Positions 26,059 to 37,964 of a stretch of 64,000 bases of DNA are shown here, piece after piece (positions within the stretch are counted from its first letter, which is position 1; every line of letters starts with the position of its first letter). A model generated the notes under the pieces. It had not been told where the DNA came from. It did not search any database and worked only from the letters and a program-made list of their open reading frames with translations. This DNA is from Actinomycetota bacterium (GTDB taxonomy: Bacteria > Actinomycetota > Acidimicrobiia > Acidimicrobiales > CADCSY01): positions 246 to 64,245 of the forward strand of contig JADDQY010000078.1 in the NCBI GenBank assembly GCA_016781135.1, read 5' to 3'. The position numbers and the translations under genes are program-made.

Positions 26059-26835
26059 CTAGCCAGCGTCGAGGGCGTGGCGCAGGTCTCCCACGAAGCC
26101 GGCGGCCGCCTCCGGCCCCCCACCGTCGAGCACCGCTCGCAGCAGCGCCGAGGCCACGATCACTCCGTCGGCCTCGGCGCAGACCTCGACGGCCTGGTCA
26201 GGGGTCGAGATGCCGAAGCCGATGAGCACCGGCTTGTCGGTGGTGGCCTTGAGCCGCTTGGCCAGCACCCCGGCCGAGCCGGCCAGGCTGAGACGCTCCC
26301 CCGTGACCCCCATGCGGCTCACGCCGTAGACGAAGCCCCGGGAGCGCGCGGCGATGGCGGCCAGGCGGTCGTCGGGGGTCACCGGGGCGGCCAGCAGCAC
26401 GGAGGCAACCCCGGCCGCCGCCGACTCCCGTTCCCAATCGGCAGACTCCTCCAAGGGGAGATCGGGGAGGATGGCGCCGCTCACCCCGGCAGCAGCGAGG
26501 GATCGGGCGAAGCGCAGGTCGCCCATGCGAAAGGCCAGGTTGTAGTAGGTCATGGCTACCACCGGGACGCCGACGTCGACGCGAGCCAGGTCGGCGAGGA
26601 TCGATCCAGGGGTGGTGCCCCGGCGCAGCGCCCGCACCGACGCCTCCTGGATGGTGGGGCCGTCCATGACCGGGTCGGAGAAGGGGATGCCGACCTCCAC
26701 GGCGTCGGCGCCGGCGGCCACCGCGGCGTGCACCACGTCGACCCAGTCGTCGCTCAGGCCCCCGGTCACGTAGGGGACGAGCAGCTTGGCCCCGCCGTCG
26801 CGCCGCTGGCACAGGTGCGGTTCGAGCGGGATCAC
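26059..26835 (-). CDS. trpA: tryptophan synthase alpha chain
   Basis: GTG 26835 overlaps the trpB stop (GTGA). [25 protein letters not shown] and GFGISTP motifs. Confidence 0.93.
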   Translation of the reverse strand: MIPLEPHLCQRRDGGAKLLVPYVTGGLSDDWVDVVHAAVAAGADAVEVGIPFSDPVMDGPTIQEASVRALRRGTTPGSILADLARVDVGVPVVAMTYYNLAFRMGDLRFARSLAAAGVSGAILPDLPLEESADWERESAAAGVASVLLAAPVTPDDRLAAIAARSRGFVYGVSRMGVTGERLSLAGSAGVLAKRLKATTDKPVLIGFGISTPDQAVEVCAEADGVIVASALLRAVLDGGGPEAAAGFVGDLRHALDAG

Positions 26836-28004
26836 CGCTCGTGGCCGAGGTGGGCCATGACCTGGGCGACGTCCTTGTCGCCCCGCCCGCACAGGTTGAC
26901 GACGACCGTCGACCCGGAGGGAATGGCCCGGCCCGCTTCCCTTACCACCCACGCGAGGGCGTGGGCCGGCTCGAGGGCGGGGATGATGCCCTCAGTGCGG
27001 CTGAGCAGCTGGAACGCGTCCAGCACCTCGGCATCGACCACGCTCGGGTACTCGGCCCGGCCTCCGGAGGCCAGGTGGGCGTGCTCGGGGCCCACGCCCG
27101 GGTAGTCGAGACCGGCAGAGATCGAGTGAGCCTCGCTCACCTGGCCGTGCTCGTCCTGCAGGAGCATGCTCTTGGAGCCGTGGACCACCCCGGGCAACCC
27201 CCGGCCGATCGCCGCGCCGCCCTCCGGCTGGACGCCGACCAGGCGAGCCGAGGTGTCGACGAAGCCGGCGAAGATGCCGGCGGCGTTGGAGCCCCCGCCC
27301 ACGCACGCCACCACCACGTCCGGCACCCCTCCATCCAGCAGCTCGGCACACTGCCGGCGGGCTTCTTCGCCGATGACCCGCTGGAGCTCGCGGACCATCC
27401 AGGGGTACGGATGGGGGCCCATCACCGAGCCCAGGCAGAAGTGGGTGGTGGTCACCGACGCCACCCAGTCACGCATGGCCTCGTTGACCGCGTCCTTCAG
27501 CGTGCGAGCGCCGGAGGACACCGGGTGCACCTCGGCGCCGAGCAGGTTCATGCGGAAGACGTTGTGGGACTGGCGCTCGACGTCGACCTCTCCCATGTAG
27601 ATGACGCAGTCGAAGCCGAACAGAGCGGCAGCGGTGGCCGTCGCCACCCCGTGCTGGCCGGCCCCGGTCTCGGCCACCAGGCGCCGCTTGCCCATGCGCC
27701 GGCACAGCAGGGCCTGGCCGAGCACGTTGTTGATCTTGTGGGAGCCGGTGTGGTTCAGCTCGTCGCGCTTGAGCAACACCCGCACGCCGAGGCGCTCGGA
27801 GAGCCGGGCCGCCTCGGTGAGTGGCGACGGCCTTCCGGCGTAGCTCACCAGGAGCCCGTCGAGCTCGGCGCGGAAGGCATCGTCCGCCCACGCCGCTCGG
27901 AAGGCCTCCTCGAGCTCGAGGCAGGCAGGGACCAGCGCCTCGGGCAGGAACCGGCCTCCGAAGTCACCGAAGCGCCCGCCGCTGCTGGGTTCGGTCATGC
28001 TCAT
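26832..28004 (-). CDS. trpB: tryptophan synthase beta chain
   Basis: [13 protein letters not shown], the PLP Lys motif [11 protein letters not shown], and [12 protein letters not shown] overlap with trpF. Confidence 0.96.
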   Translation of the reverse strand: MSMTEPSSGGRFGDFGGRFLPEALVPACLELEEAFRAAWADDAFRAELDGLLVSYAGRPSPLTEAARLSERLGVRVLLKRDELNHTGSHKINNVLGQALLCRRMGKRRLVAETGAGQHGVATATAAALFGFDCVIYMGEVDVERQSHNVFRMNLLGAEVHPVSSGARTLKDAVNEAMRDWVASVTTTHFCLGSVMGPHPYPWMVRELQRVIGEEARRQCAELLDGGVPDVVVACVGGGSNAAGIFAGFVDTSARLVGVQPEGGAAIGRGLPGVVHGSKSMLLQDEHGQVSEAHSISAGLDYPGVGPEHAHLASGGRAEYPSVVDAEVLDAFQLLSRTEGIIPALEPAHALAWVVREAGRAIPSGSTVVVNLCGRGDKDVAQVMAHLGHER

Positions 28005-28660
28005 GCGTCGGCCTGCCAGTCGTAGGGGGCGTCGACCTCGGCCTCCCACCCGGGGGGGGCGGCGGCCTTGGCCGCGGAGATGAACGTCCGCACCAGGCGG
28101 GGGTCCTTGCGCCCGGTCTTCGACTCGACCCCGGTGGCGACGTCGACGCCGAACGGGCGCACCGAGGCGATGGCCTCGGCCACGTTGCCTGGGTGCAGCC
28201 CGCCGGCGAGCACCAGGCGCAGGCGAGCGGGTACGTCCTCGGCCAGCGACCAGTCGAAGACCCGGCCGGTGCCGGGGCTGGCGCCGTCGACCAGCACCAA
28301 GTCGGCGCCGTGCTCGGCGGCACGGGCGATGGCGGGATCGCCGGCGGCGAAGGCCTTGATCACCACCGGCACCCGGGCCTTGACCCACTGGGTCTGGGCG
28401 GGGCGCTCGTGGCCGTGGAGCTGGGCGGCCCGGAGGCCGGTGGAAGCGATGACCTCCACCACCCGCTCGGGTGCCTCGTTGCGGAACACGCCTACGGTGA
28501 GCACCTCGGGGGGCAGGCGGCGCACGATGTCGCGCACCAGCTGGGCCGCGACCTGGCGCGGGGACGGCGCGAACACGAAGCCCACGGCGTCGGCCCCCAT
28601 GGCCACCGCCAGCAGGGCGTCCTCCTCGCTGGTGGTGCCGCACACCTTGACGAAGGTCAT
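28001..28660 (-). CDS. trpF: phosphoribosylanthranilate isomerase
   Basis: [32 protein letters not shown] and GVDVATGVE motifs. Confidence 0.9.
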   Translation of the reverse strand: MTFVKVCGTTSEEDALLAVAMGADAVGFVFAPSPRQVAAQLVRDIVRRLPPEVLTVGVFRNEAPERVVEVIASTGLRAAQLHGHERPAQTQWVKARVPVVIKAFAAGDPAIARAAEHGADLVLVDGASPGTGRVFDWSLAEDVPARLRLVLAGGLHPGNVAEAIASVRPFGVDVATGVESKTGRKDPRLVRTFISAAKAAAPPGWEAEVDAPYDWQADA

Positions 28661-29445
28661 GGTTGGAGCACCGCAGCGCGCAGTGAACGGACGGCTCCCT
28701 CGGGGTCGGAGCTGGTCACCAGCCGCTCCCCCACGAGGACGGCGTCGTAGCCGGCGTCAGCGAGGCGGGCGACGTCGTCGGGGCCGGTGATGCCCGACTC
28801 GGCCACCCGGACCGTCTCGGAGGGCAGCAGCGGGGCCAGCCGGAGGGCGCGATCGGGGTCGACGGCGAAGGTGAGGAGGTCGCGCTGGTTCACCCCCACC
28901 AGGGTGGCGCCGGCGGCGAGGGCACGGTCGACCTCGACCTCGTCGTGCACCTCGACCAGGGCGTCGAGGCCCACCTCGGCGGCCAGCGCCACCAGGGCGC
29001 ACAGCTCGGCGTCGTCGAGGGCGGCCACGATCAGCAACACCGCGTCCGCCCCCATGATCCGCGCGTCGAGCACGTCCCGTCGGTCCACGATGAAGTCCTT
29101 GCGGAGCACCGGCAGGCGGCAAGCGGCCCGGGCCTGGCCCAGGTCGGCGGGCGATCCGCCGAAGAACTCGACGTCGGTGAGCACCGACAGGGCAGCGGCG
29201 CCCCCCGCCTGGTAGGTGCGGGCTACCTCGGCCGCGACCAGCCGGGGCGCCAGGTCGCCTCGCGACGGGGACCGGCGCTTGATCTCGGCGATGACCGCCA
29301 CCCCCTCTTCGCCCCGCAGGGCGGCAGCGAAGGGACGGGCCGCCGGTGCGCCGGCGGCGGCCTCGAGCAGAGGCGCCACCAGCCGCTCGTCGGCGGCGGC
29401 GCCGGCGCGGTGGGCAGCCACGATGCGATCGAGGTACGCGGCCAC
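28657..29445 (-). CDS. trpC: indole-3-glycerol phosphate synthase
   Basis: [34 protein letters not shown] and GVNQRDL motifs. ATGA overlap with trpF. Confidence 0.95.
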   Translation of the reverse strand: MAAYLDRIVAAHRAGAAADERLVAPLLEAAAGAPAARPFAAALRGEEGVAVIAEIKRRSPSRGDLAPRLVAAEVARTYQAGGAAALSVLTDVEFFGGSPADLGQARAACRLPVLRKDFIVDRRDVLDARIMGADAVLLIVAALDDAELCALVALAAEVGLDALVEVHDEVEVDRALAAGATLVGVNQRDLLTFAVDPDRALRLAPLLPSETVRVAESGITGPDDVARLADAGYDAVLVGERLVTSSDPEGAVRSLRAAVLQP

Positions 29446-29561
29446 CCGGGGAGCCTACCGAGGACCGGGTCCAGGACGCTGGGATGATGCGACACCAGCC
29501 GCCAGCCCCTCTCAGGGGACGGGCAGGCTCGGGTGCACGACCACCTCCTAGGATCGCTGTC

Positions 29562-29783
29562 GTGCCACGGTGGAGCGAGGTGGCGGCGTCGGCCCCGCCG
29601 TTCGCCGCCGCGGTGCAGGCCGTCTTCGACGCTCACGTCCACAAGACGCTGGCCACCCTTCGCGCCGACGGCTCGCCCCGGCTCAGCGGCATCGAGGCCT
29701 CGTTCAATGACGGCGAGGTCTGGTTCGGCGCCATGTGGGAGTCGCGCAAGGCCCTCGACCTACGGCGCGACCCCCGCTTCGAG
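29562..29783 (+). pseudogene. 5' remnant of a pyridoxamine 5'-phosphate oxidase (PPOX)-family gene
   Basis: VPRWSEV...HKTLATLRADGSPRLSGIEASFNDGEVWFGAMWESRKALDLRRDPRF resembles the N-terminal half of actinobacterial PPOX-family proteins. The similarity stops about 70 nt before the convergent J-protein stop. The open frame then runs antisense into that gene. Confidence 0.4.
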
Positions 29784-29851
29784 CATCGAGCGCCGCTGAG
29801 CACGGCGCGCTGCTCCCGCCAGGCGGGGAGGCGCGTCCCTGCCGTCGCTGC

Positions 29852-30382
29852 TCAGTCGTCGCGGCTGGCCCGGGACAGGGCCAGGAGGGGGATGACGACG
29901 AAGCCGAGGCACGCCAGCAGGAAGGCGGCGAGCGCCAGACCCAGGACGGCCACCGAGCCCACGACCATACCGACGGCCAAAAGCCCCACCGACAGGGCAA
30001 AGCTGGCCACCGGAGCCAGGGTGAGGGCCCGGGTGAGGGGCGACTCCATGACCGGGTCGCGCCGGTAGGGGGCGTCGGGAAGGTCCCGGGGGTCGACCTC
30101 GTCGTCGTCGTCGTCGTCGAACGGCTGGAACCGGAGGCCCTCGGCGTCGGGGGGGCCGGCGAGGCCCTGTGCCCGGTCGTAGTCGTGGCGCTTCCCCCGG
30201 TCGCCGAGGATCTCCCAGGCTTCGTTGAGTATCCGCATCCGTCGCTCGGCGGCGAGGCGCTCGTCCTCGGCGGCGTCGACGAAGTAGTCGGGATGGTGCT
30301 GGCGGGCCAGTCGCACGTAGGCCCGCCGGATCTCCGCCGACGAGGCGGCGACGTCCACGCCGAGCACCTCGTAGAGCGTCAC
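29852..30382 (-). CDS. membrane-anchored J-domain protein
   Basis: LYEVLGV...AEIRRAYVRLARQHHPD (HPD motif). A poly-Asp stretch and two C-terminal TM helices. No G/F or zinc-finger region. Confidence 0.85.
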   Translation of the reverse strand: MTLYEVLGVDVAASSAEIRRAYVRLARQHHPDYFVDAAEDERLAAERRMRILNEAWEILGDRGKRHDYDRAQGLAGPPDAEGLRFQPFDDDDDDEVDPRDLPDAPYRRDPVMESPLTRALTLAPVASFALSVGLLAVGMVVGSVAVLGLALAAFLLACLGFVVIPLLALSRASRDD

Positions 30383-30437
30383 CCGGCGATGCTACGAGTC
30401 CCCGTCGAGCTCACCATCGGCATGACGGGGAGGGATC

Positions 30438-31268
30438 TCAGCCTTCGGTGGCAGGGGGGTCGGTGGCCGGTGGCGGCGGAGCGGCCGGGACCACGCACTC
30501 CGGCGGGTCGAGGGGGACGATCTGGTCGGGGGCCAGCGTGACGACGAGGCCTTGGCGGTTGGGCGCCCGGCACACCAGGGTGAAAGTGACGGTGCCGGCC
30601 TCGTCGGTGACGCCGATCAGGGGCGACTCCGACACCCACCCTGGTCCCGCCGTCACGCTGACCCCCACCCCGGAGCGGGGTACCGCCCGCACCACGCCGT
30701 CGGCGTCGACGGTCCGGTCGGTGATCCGGACCAACACGTTGGTGCGCTCACCGACCACCGGCGGGTCGGGGGCCACGGCGAGATCGACGGCGACGGTGAA
30801 GCGCTCGACCCGCAGGATCACCTCGGCCGGCTCTGCAGCAGCGACGAACACGACCTGGGCCTCGGTGGAGGCCAGGTCCGGACGGCGCCAGGCCCGCACC
30901 CGGTAGCGGCCTCCGAGCACCCCGGCAGCCCGCCAGGCGCCATCGGCGCCGGTGAGCACCTCGAGGGTGGCGACGGCGTCGCCGACCAGGCGCTCGAGGC
31001 GGACGGTCGCCCCCTCGACCGGTCCTTCGGGGCCCTCGACCCGGCCGGCCAGGGTGGCCGGCCCCGGACCTACCGTCACCGCAGCCGTGGTGGTCGTGCC
31101 CTCCACCGGCGCCAGCGGGACAGTGCTGTGGTCGACCGACGAGGTGGTGGTGGTGGGCAGGGTCGAGACGGACGAGGGGACAGGCAGGGGCTCGAGCTCG
31201 TCGGGCGAGAAGCAGCCGGTGACCACCACGACGGCCAACGCCCCCGCAGCCAGCCGGCGGGGGCTCAC
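30438..31268 (-). CDS. lipoprotein with carboxypeptidase-regulatory-like and Ig-like domains
   Basis: GTG 31268 overlaps the ygfZ stop (GTGA). Lipobox VVTGC and a Thr-rich linker. GRVEGPEGPVEGATVRL...GADGAWRAAGVLGGRYRVRAW resembles a CarboxypepD_reg fold. Confidence 0.75.
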   Translation of the reverse strand: MSPRRLAAGALAVVVVTGCFSPDELEPLPVPSSVSTLPTTTTSSVDHSTVPLAPVEGTTTTAAVTVGPGPATLAGRVEGPEGPVEGATVRLERLVGDAVATLEVLTGADGAWRAAGVLGGRYRVRAWRRPDLASTEAQVVFVAAAEPAEVILRVERFTVAVDLAVAPDPPVVGERTNVLVRITDRTVDADGVVRAVPRSGVGVSVTAGPGWVSESPLIGVTDEAGTVTFTLVCRAPNRQGLVVTLAPDQIVPLDPPECVVPAAPPPPATDPPATEG

Positions 31269-32158
31269 GGGACCAGGGGCAGCGCCTCGACCCGGGCCGG
31301 CACCTCGGCGCCCTCCCACCGCAGCACCACCTCGGCCGGAGGCTCGACGCCTCGCTGCACGTAGGCCAGGGCCACCGGGGCTCGGCGCTCCAGCGACTCG
31401 CCGACGCTGGTGAGCGATCCGACCTCCTTCCCCTCGGCCACCACCGTCGCGCCGGGGGGCGGCAAGACGTTGACCGCGATCACGACCCCCCGGAGGCGCC
31501 GGGGGACGTTGCCGCCCCGGGAGTCGATCCGGGCGACGAGCTCCTGGCCGGTGTAGCACCCCTTGGTGAAGCTGACCGAGCGCTCCACCACCCCGGCTGC
31601 AGCAGGGATGGTCGAGGAGTCGAGCTCGGCGCCCATGCGGGGGACCCCTGCTTCGATGCGCAGCGCCTCGTAGGCGTCGGCCCCGATCCTGGTGGCGCCC
31701 TCGGGTGGCTCCGGGGAGGGACCGACCAGGTCGAAGCCGGGGACGCCAGGGGTCTCGGCCACCACCCTCCAGGTCCCCGGGGGCGTGGGTGGCACCGCCG
31801 CGCTCTGCTCGCCTCGGACCGCCAGGCAGCGCCAGTCGAGCGCCTCGACCTCGCAGCGCACCCGCAGCTTGAACCGCTCGAGGCGATCCACCACCGCCCT
31901 CCCCCACCCCGCATCGGTGTCGAGCACGATCTCGTTGTCGGCGATGCAGGTCAGCCGCACGAACGCGTCGACCTTCCCCTGGGGCTGGAGCAGCAACGAG
32001 AACGCCGACCCGCCGGCGCCGACGCCGGCGACGTCCTGGCTGAGCTGGCCCTGCAGGAACGAGACCGTGTCGGCACCGGCGACCCGCACGAAGTCACGGG
32101 GCACGACGGCGACGCCCAGACCGCGACGCAAGGCCACAGCCTCGTCGGTGGCGACCAT
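31265..32158 (-). CDS. ygfZ: folate-binding protein YgfZ (GcvT-like)
   Basis: Signature FTKGCYTGQELVARI (KGCYxGQE). The start ATG shares one nt with the trpE stop. Confidence 0.88.
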   Translation of the reverse strand: MVATDEAVALRRGLGVAVVPRDFVRVAGADTVSFLQGQLSQDVAGVGAGGSAFSLLLQPQGKVDAFVRLTCIADNEIVLDTDAGWGRAVVDRLERFKLRVRCEVEALDWRCLAVRGEQSAAVPPTPPGTWRVVAETPGVPGFDLVGPSPEPPEGATRIGADAYEALRIEAGVPRMGAELDSSTIPAAAGVVERSVSFTKGCYTGQELVARIDSRGGNVPRRLRGVVIAVNVLPPPGATVVAEGKEVGSLTSVGESLERRAPVALAYVQRGVEPPAEVVLRWEGAEVPARVEALPLVP

Positions 32159-33684
32159 CACCGGTGCTCGGCGCCCACGCCCGGGCGGCGATCGGTCGAC
32201 AGGGTCCGGGCGGCGGTGACCGCCGCCAGCAGCGCCGCCGCCTTGTTGCGGCACTCCTGGTCCTCGGCGGCCGGGTCGCTGTCGGCCACGATGCCGGCGC
32301 CCGCTTGCACCGACGCCCGCGACCCCCGCACCACCATGGTGCGGATGGCGATGGCGGTATCGAGGTTGCCGGAGAAGTCGAGGTAGCCGACCACCCCGGC
32401 GTAGGGCCCCCGCTTGGTGGCCTCGAGGTCGTCGATGATCTCCATCGCCCGCACCTTGGGGGCACCCGACATGGTGCCGGCGGGCAGCGTGGCCCGGAGG
32501 AGGTCGACGGGGCCAAGACCGGGGCGCAGGCGCCCCGACACCTGGGAGGTGAGGTGCATGACGTGGCTGTAGCGCTCGAGCTCCATCAGCTCCTCGACCT
32601 CGACGCTGCCCCAGGTGGCCACCCGCCCGACGTCGTTGCGGGCCAGGTCGACCAGCATGACGTGCTCGGCCACCTCCTTGGGGTGCTCGCGCAGCTCGGC
32701 GGCCAAGCGGCGGTCGTCGTGGTCGGTGGCGCCCCGCCGCCGGGTGCCGGCGATCGGACGTGACACGATGCGGCCCTCGACCAGCTGCACCATGCGCTCC
32801 GGCGACGACCCCACGATGGTGACCTCGGGGTGACGCAGGAAGTACATGTAGGGGCTCGGGTTGAGCTGGCGAAGCACGCGGTAGGCGTCGAAGGGATCGG
32901 CGCCGAGCTCGAAGTCGAAGCGCTGGGACAGCACGACCTGGAAGATGTCGCCGTCGAGGATGTGCTCCTTGGCCAACTCCACCGCCTTGCAGAAGGCGCC
33001 ACTGCCCATGGTGGAGCGGACCTCGGGCAACCCCGGCGACGACTCCGGGGGGTCGACGACGGGTTCCGCGGTCGCCCGGGCCCCGTCGGCGGCCAACGTC
33101 TCGATCCGGGCGGCGGCGCCGTCGTAGGCCGCATCGACCTCGGCGTCGGAGGCCTCGGCGGCCACGATGACGTTGTCGATGAGCGTCACCCGCTGACGCC
33201 AGTGGTCGAACACGGCCAGCTGGCCGATCACGCTCAAGAGCGAGTCGGGCACGTCCTGGTCGTCGGGGGGGACATTCGGCAGGTGCTCGACCTCCCGGAC
33301 GACGTCGTAGCCGAGGTAGCCGACGATGCCACCGTGCAGCGGAGGGAGCTCGGGCAGCGACGGCGAGCGGTAGGCGGAGAGGATGGCCTCGACCGCCGTC
33401 AGCACACCGCCGTCGAGCGGCACCGACGGCGGCAGGGTGCCCTCGAGCTCGATGCGGCCGGATCGGGCGACCAGGGTCGCCAGGGGGTTGCGCCCGACGA
33501 AGGAGAACCGAGACCAGCGGGTGCCCTGCTCGACCGACTCGAGGAGGAAGCCGGCCCCGTCGCCGACCACCCGGGCGAAGGCGGCAACCGGCGTGATCAG
33601 GTCGCCGAGCACCTCGCGCCACACCGGGACCACGGTGTGGGTCCGGGCGAGGGCCTTGAACTCGGCCCGGCTCGGTCGCAGCAC
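32158..33684 (-). CDS. trpE: anthranilate synthase component I
   Basis: Chorismate-binding core (GAFCKAV, PSPYMYFL, GTMSGAPKVRAMEII, RGPYAGVVGY). GTG 33684 follows GGGAGG; an alternative TTG overlaps the hisI stop. Confidence 0.93.
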   Translation of the reverse strand: MLRPSRAEFKALARTHTVVPVWREVLGDLITPVAAFARVVGDGAGFLLESVEQGTRWSRFSFVGRNPLATLVARSGRIELEGTLPPSVPLDGGVLTAVEAILSAYRSPSLPELPPLHGGIVGYLGYDVVREVEHLPNVPPDDQDVPDSLLSVIGQLAVFDHWRQRVTLIDNVIVAAEASDAEVDAAYDGAAARIETLAADGARATAEPVVDPPESSPGLPEVRSTMGSGAFCKAVELAKEHILDGDIFQVVLSQRFDFELGADPFDAYRVLRQLNPSPYMYFLRHPEVTIVGSSPERMVQLVEGRIVSRPIAGTRRRGATDHDDRRLAAELREHPKEVAEHVMLVDLARNDVGRVATWGSVEVEELMELERYSHVMHLTSQVSGRLRPGLGPVDLLRATLPAGTMSGAPKVRAMEIIDDLEATKRGPYAGVVGYLDFSGNLDTAIAIRTMVVRGSRASVQAGAGIVADSDPAAEDQECRNKAAALLAAVTAARTLSTDRRPGVGAEHR

Positions 33685-33701
33685 GGCGCCTCCCGGCGCC
33701 G

Positions 33702-34070
33702 TCAAGCCCCGCCGAACCGGCGGGTGAAGCACGTGCGGTCGCCGGTGTGGCAGGCGCCCCGCCCCTCCTGCTCGACCACGAACAACAACGTGTCGCCGTC
33801 GCAGTCGTAGTAGGCACGTCGGATCCACTGGCGGTCACCCGAGGTGTCGCCCTTGGCCCACTCTTCCTGGCGCGAGCGGCTCCAGAAGACGGTCCGGCCC
33901 GTCTCCAGGCTCCGGCGCAGGCTGGCGGCGTTCATCCACGCCAGCATCAGCACCTCACCGGTGGCCTCGTCCTGCACGACGGCCGGCACCAGGCCCTTGG
34001 CGTCGTAGCGGACGGCAGCGAGGTCGGACTCGCTGGCAGAGATGGGGGTGGCCACGGGCATCGCAGGCAT
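33702..34070 (-). CDS. hisI: phosphoribosyl-AMP cyclohydrolase
   Basis: [32 protein letters not shown] and DCDGDTLL...ACHTG motifs. Confidence 0.92.
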   Translation of the reverse strand: MPAMPVATPISASESDLAAVRYDAKGLVPAVVQDEATGEVLMLAWMNAASLRRSLETGRTVFWSRSRQEEWAKGDTSGDRQWIRRAYYDCDGDTLLFVVEQEGRGACHTGDRTCFTRRFGGA

Positions 34071-34128
34071 GGTACCGAGCGCCACTCGCTGCCTGAACGC
34101 GATTCCCGCGACACGCCGCCACGCCGTT

Positions 34129-34932
34129 TCAGCGACGGGGGGCCGGGCCGGGCGCCATCGGAGGCCGCACGGGCACGCCGGCGGCGGCCAGGGCGGCCTT
34201 GGCCTCGGCGATGGAGTGCTCGCCGAAGTGGAAGATCGACGCCGCCAGCACGGCGTCGGCACCTCCGACGGTGACGCCGTCGACCAGGTGGTGGAGGTGC
34301 CCCACCCCGCCGCTGGCGATGAGCGGGAGACCGCAGGCGTCGGCCACCTGCCGGGTCAGGGCCACGTCGAAACCGTCGCGGGTCCCGTCGCGGTCCATCG
34401 AGGTGAGCAGGATTTCGCCGGCGCCGAGGCGCTCGACCTCGACCGCCCACGAGATCGCGTCGAGGCCCGTCGGCTTGCGCCCTCCGTGGGTGTAGACCTC
34501 GTAGCCGCCGGGAGAGCGGCGGGCGTCGATGGCCACCACCACGCATTGGGCGCCGAACTCACCGGCCAGCTCACCCACCAGCTCGGGCCGGCTCACCGCC
34601 GCGGTGTTGACGCCGACCTTGTCGGCTCCCGCCCGCAGCAGCCGCCGGGCGTCGTCGACGGAGCGGACACCGCCGCCGACGGTGAGGGGGATGAAGACCT
34701 GCTCGGCGGTGCGAGCCACCACGTCCACGATGGTCCCCCGGTTGCCCGACGAGGCGGTGATGTCGAGGAAGACCACCTCGTCGGCACCGTCGTCGTCGTA
34801 GCGGGCGGCGAGCTCGACCGGGTCACCGGCGTCACGCAGGCCGACGAAGTTGACCCCCTTGACCACCCGCCCGCCCTGGCCACCCGCGTCGGCGGTGACG
34901 TCGAGACAGGGGATCACTCGGGCGGTCCGCAC
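34129..34932 (-). CDS. hisF: imidazole glycerol phosphate synthase cyclase subunit
   Basis: [34 protein letters not shown] and ASIFHFGE motifs. Confidence 0.96.
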   Translation of the reverse strand: MRTARVIPCLDVTADAGGQGGRVVKGVNFVGLRDAGDPVELAARYDDDGADEVVFLDITASSGNRGTIVDVVARTAEQVFIPLTVGGGVRSVDDARRLLRAGADKVGVNTAAVSRPELVGELAGEFGAQCVVVAIDARRSPGGYEVYTHGGRKPTGLDAISWAVEVERLGAGEILLTSMDRDGTRDGFDVALTRQVADACGLPLIASGGVGHLHHLVDGVTVGGADAVLAASIFHFGEHSIAEAKAALAAAGVPVRPPMAPGPAPRR

Positions 34933-35009
34933 CGGGTCACGGTAGCGCCGCCCCTAGGGACCAGGCCGGCGGGAACCCGAGCGACCCATGACCACCCCCG
35001 GCGAACCCC

Positions 35010-36605
<1,596 letters not shown>

Positions 36606-36664
36606 GGTCCAAGGGTGCCAGGGATCGCCCTCGGTCGACGACCTGCATCGCTGCGGTACCGGCG

Positions 36665-37402
36665 TCAGGCGGCGGCGAGGGCGGCGAGCGCCTCCTCGAC
36701 GGTGAAGGACCCCTCGTAGAGCGCTTTGCCGACGATGGCGCCGGCGAGGCGGCGACCACCGGCCTGCAGGGCGGCCAGGGCTCGCAGGTGCGCGAGGTTG
36801 CCCACCCCCCCGCTGGCCACCACCTCGACGGCGGTGGCGGCGGCCACCACCTCTTCCAGCCCGTCGAGGTCGGGACCTGTGAGGGTTCCGTCGCGGCTGA
36901 TGTCGGTGACGACGAGGGCGGCCACGCCGGTGTCGTCGAAGCGACGCACGGCGTCGAGCAGCGCGACGCCGGCGCCCTCGGTCCAGCCCTGGACCGCCAC
37001 CTCGCCGGCCCGGGCATCGAGGCCCACGGCGATGGCGCCCGGGTGGCGGGCCGCCACGCGGGTCACGAGGACGGGGTCGTGCATCGCGGCGGTCCCGAGC
37101 ACCACGCGAGCGACACCGGCGTCGAGGAGCGCCTCGACGGTGGCCTCGTCGCGCACCCCACCGCCGGCTTGGACCGGGACCGGCACCGAGGCGGCCACGG
37201 CCGTCACCAGGGGCCGATTCACGGGCTCTCCGGTGCGGGCGGCGTCGAGGTCGACAAGGTGGATCCACGCCGCGCCGGCGTCGGCGAAGCGGCGGGCCAC
37301 CGCCACCGGGTCGTCGCTGTAGACCGTCTCCGCCCCGTAGTCACCCCGGAGCAGGCGCACGCACCGCCCGCCGCGCAGGTCGATGGCCGGATAGAGCTGC
37401 AC
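36665..37402 (-). CDS. hisA: ProFAR isomerase HisA (PriA-position homolog)
   Basis: LYPAIDLRGGRCVRL, GGGVR, and TDISRDGTLTGPD motifs of the HisA/PriA (beta-alpha)8 family. Confidence 0.92.
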   Translation of the reverse strand: MQLYPAIDLRGGRCVRLLRGDYGAETVYSDDPVAVARRFADAGAAWIHLVDLDAARTGEPVNRPLVTAVAASVPVPVQAGGGVRDEATVEALLDAGVARVVLGTAAMHDPVLVTRVAARHPGAIAVGLDARAGEVAVQGWTEGAGVALLDAVRRFDDTGVAALVVTDISRDGTLTGPDLDGLEEVVAAATAVEVVASGGVGNLAHLRALAALQAGGRRLAGAIVGKALYEGSFTVEEALAALAAA

Positions 37403-37443
37403 CGGCGAAGTATCTCAGGGCCCGGGCCGGCGGCCCGTGGTCA

Positions 37444-37516
37444 GCCCTCCCTCCGGTCCTCACCCCCGGTGGCAGCCCTCGGCCCCGACCCGCCGGGCAG
37501 GACATGGAGGGAGGGC
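37444..37516 (-). terminator. long GC-rich hairpin just downstream of hsp20
   Basis: A perfect 11-bp outer stem GCCCTCCCTCC/GGAGGGAGGGC encloses further pairing (GGTCC/GGAC, CCCGG/CCGGG). It begins 8 nt after the hsp20 stop. No U-tract. Confidence 0.35.
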
Positions 37517-37523
37517 CCGAGGG

Positions 37524-37964
37524 TCACGTCGCCTGAGCGTTGGTCTCGATGGGCTGGGCCGAGCCGCCGCCCGAGGTGACCTCCACCTTGCGGGGCTTGG
37601 CCTGCTCGGCAACCGGCACCCGCAGGGTGAGCACGCCGTCGGCGCACGAAGCTTCGATCCGGTCGGCATCGAGCGCCTCGCCCAGGAAGACCTGGCGGCT
37701 GAAGCGGCCCTGGGGTCGCTCGGAGACCACCACCTGGTCGCCCTCCTGGGGCTGCCACTGCCGCTCGGCCGACACGGTGAGCACGTTCTTCTCGACGGTC
37801 AGGTCGATGGACGACGGGTCGACACCGGGGACGTCGAAGTGGACCACGAACTGATCGCCACGGCGGTAGGCATCCATGGCCATGACCGGCGCCCGGCTGC
37901 CGGCACCCACAGCCTGGCTGGCGAGACGGTCGAGCTCGCGGAAGGGGTCAAACCGCATCAGCAT
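37524..37964 (-). CDS. Hsp20/alpha-crystallin small heat-shock protein
   Basis: ATG 37964 follows AGGAGGAGGAAG. The alpha-crystallin core has VVHFDVPGV, LTVSAER and GVLTLRVP. Confidence 0.92.
   Translation of the reverse strand: MLMRFDPFRELDRLASQAVGAGSRAPVMAMDAYRRGDQFVVHFDVPGVDPSSIDLTVEKNVLTVSAERQWQPQEGDQVVVSERPQGRFSRQVFLGEALDADRIEASCADGVLTLRVPVAEQAKPRKVEVTSGGGSAQPIETNAQAT

Noticed and set aside
29446-29561. Trp-codon leader peptide or attenuator upstream of trpC
   Set aside because: The only RBS-preceded mini-ORF in the leader (VHPSLPVP) has no Trp codons. Only a short CCCCT/AGGGG hairpin is present.
30101-30118. (GTC)6 trinucleotide repeat as a phase-variation tract
   Set aside because: It is in-frame, encoding poly-Asp in the J-protein. 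It is short, and slippage would only change the Asp count.
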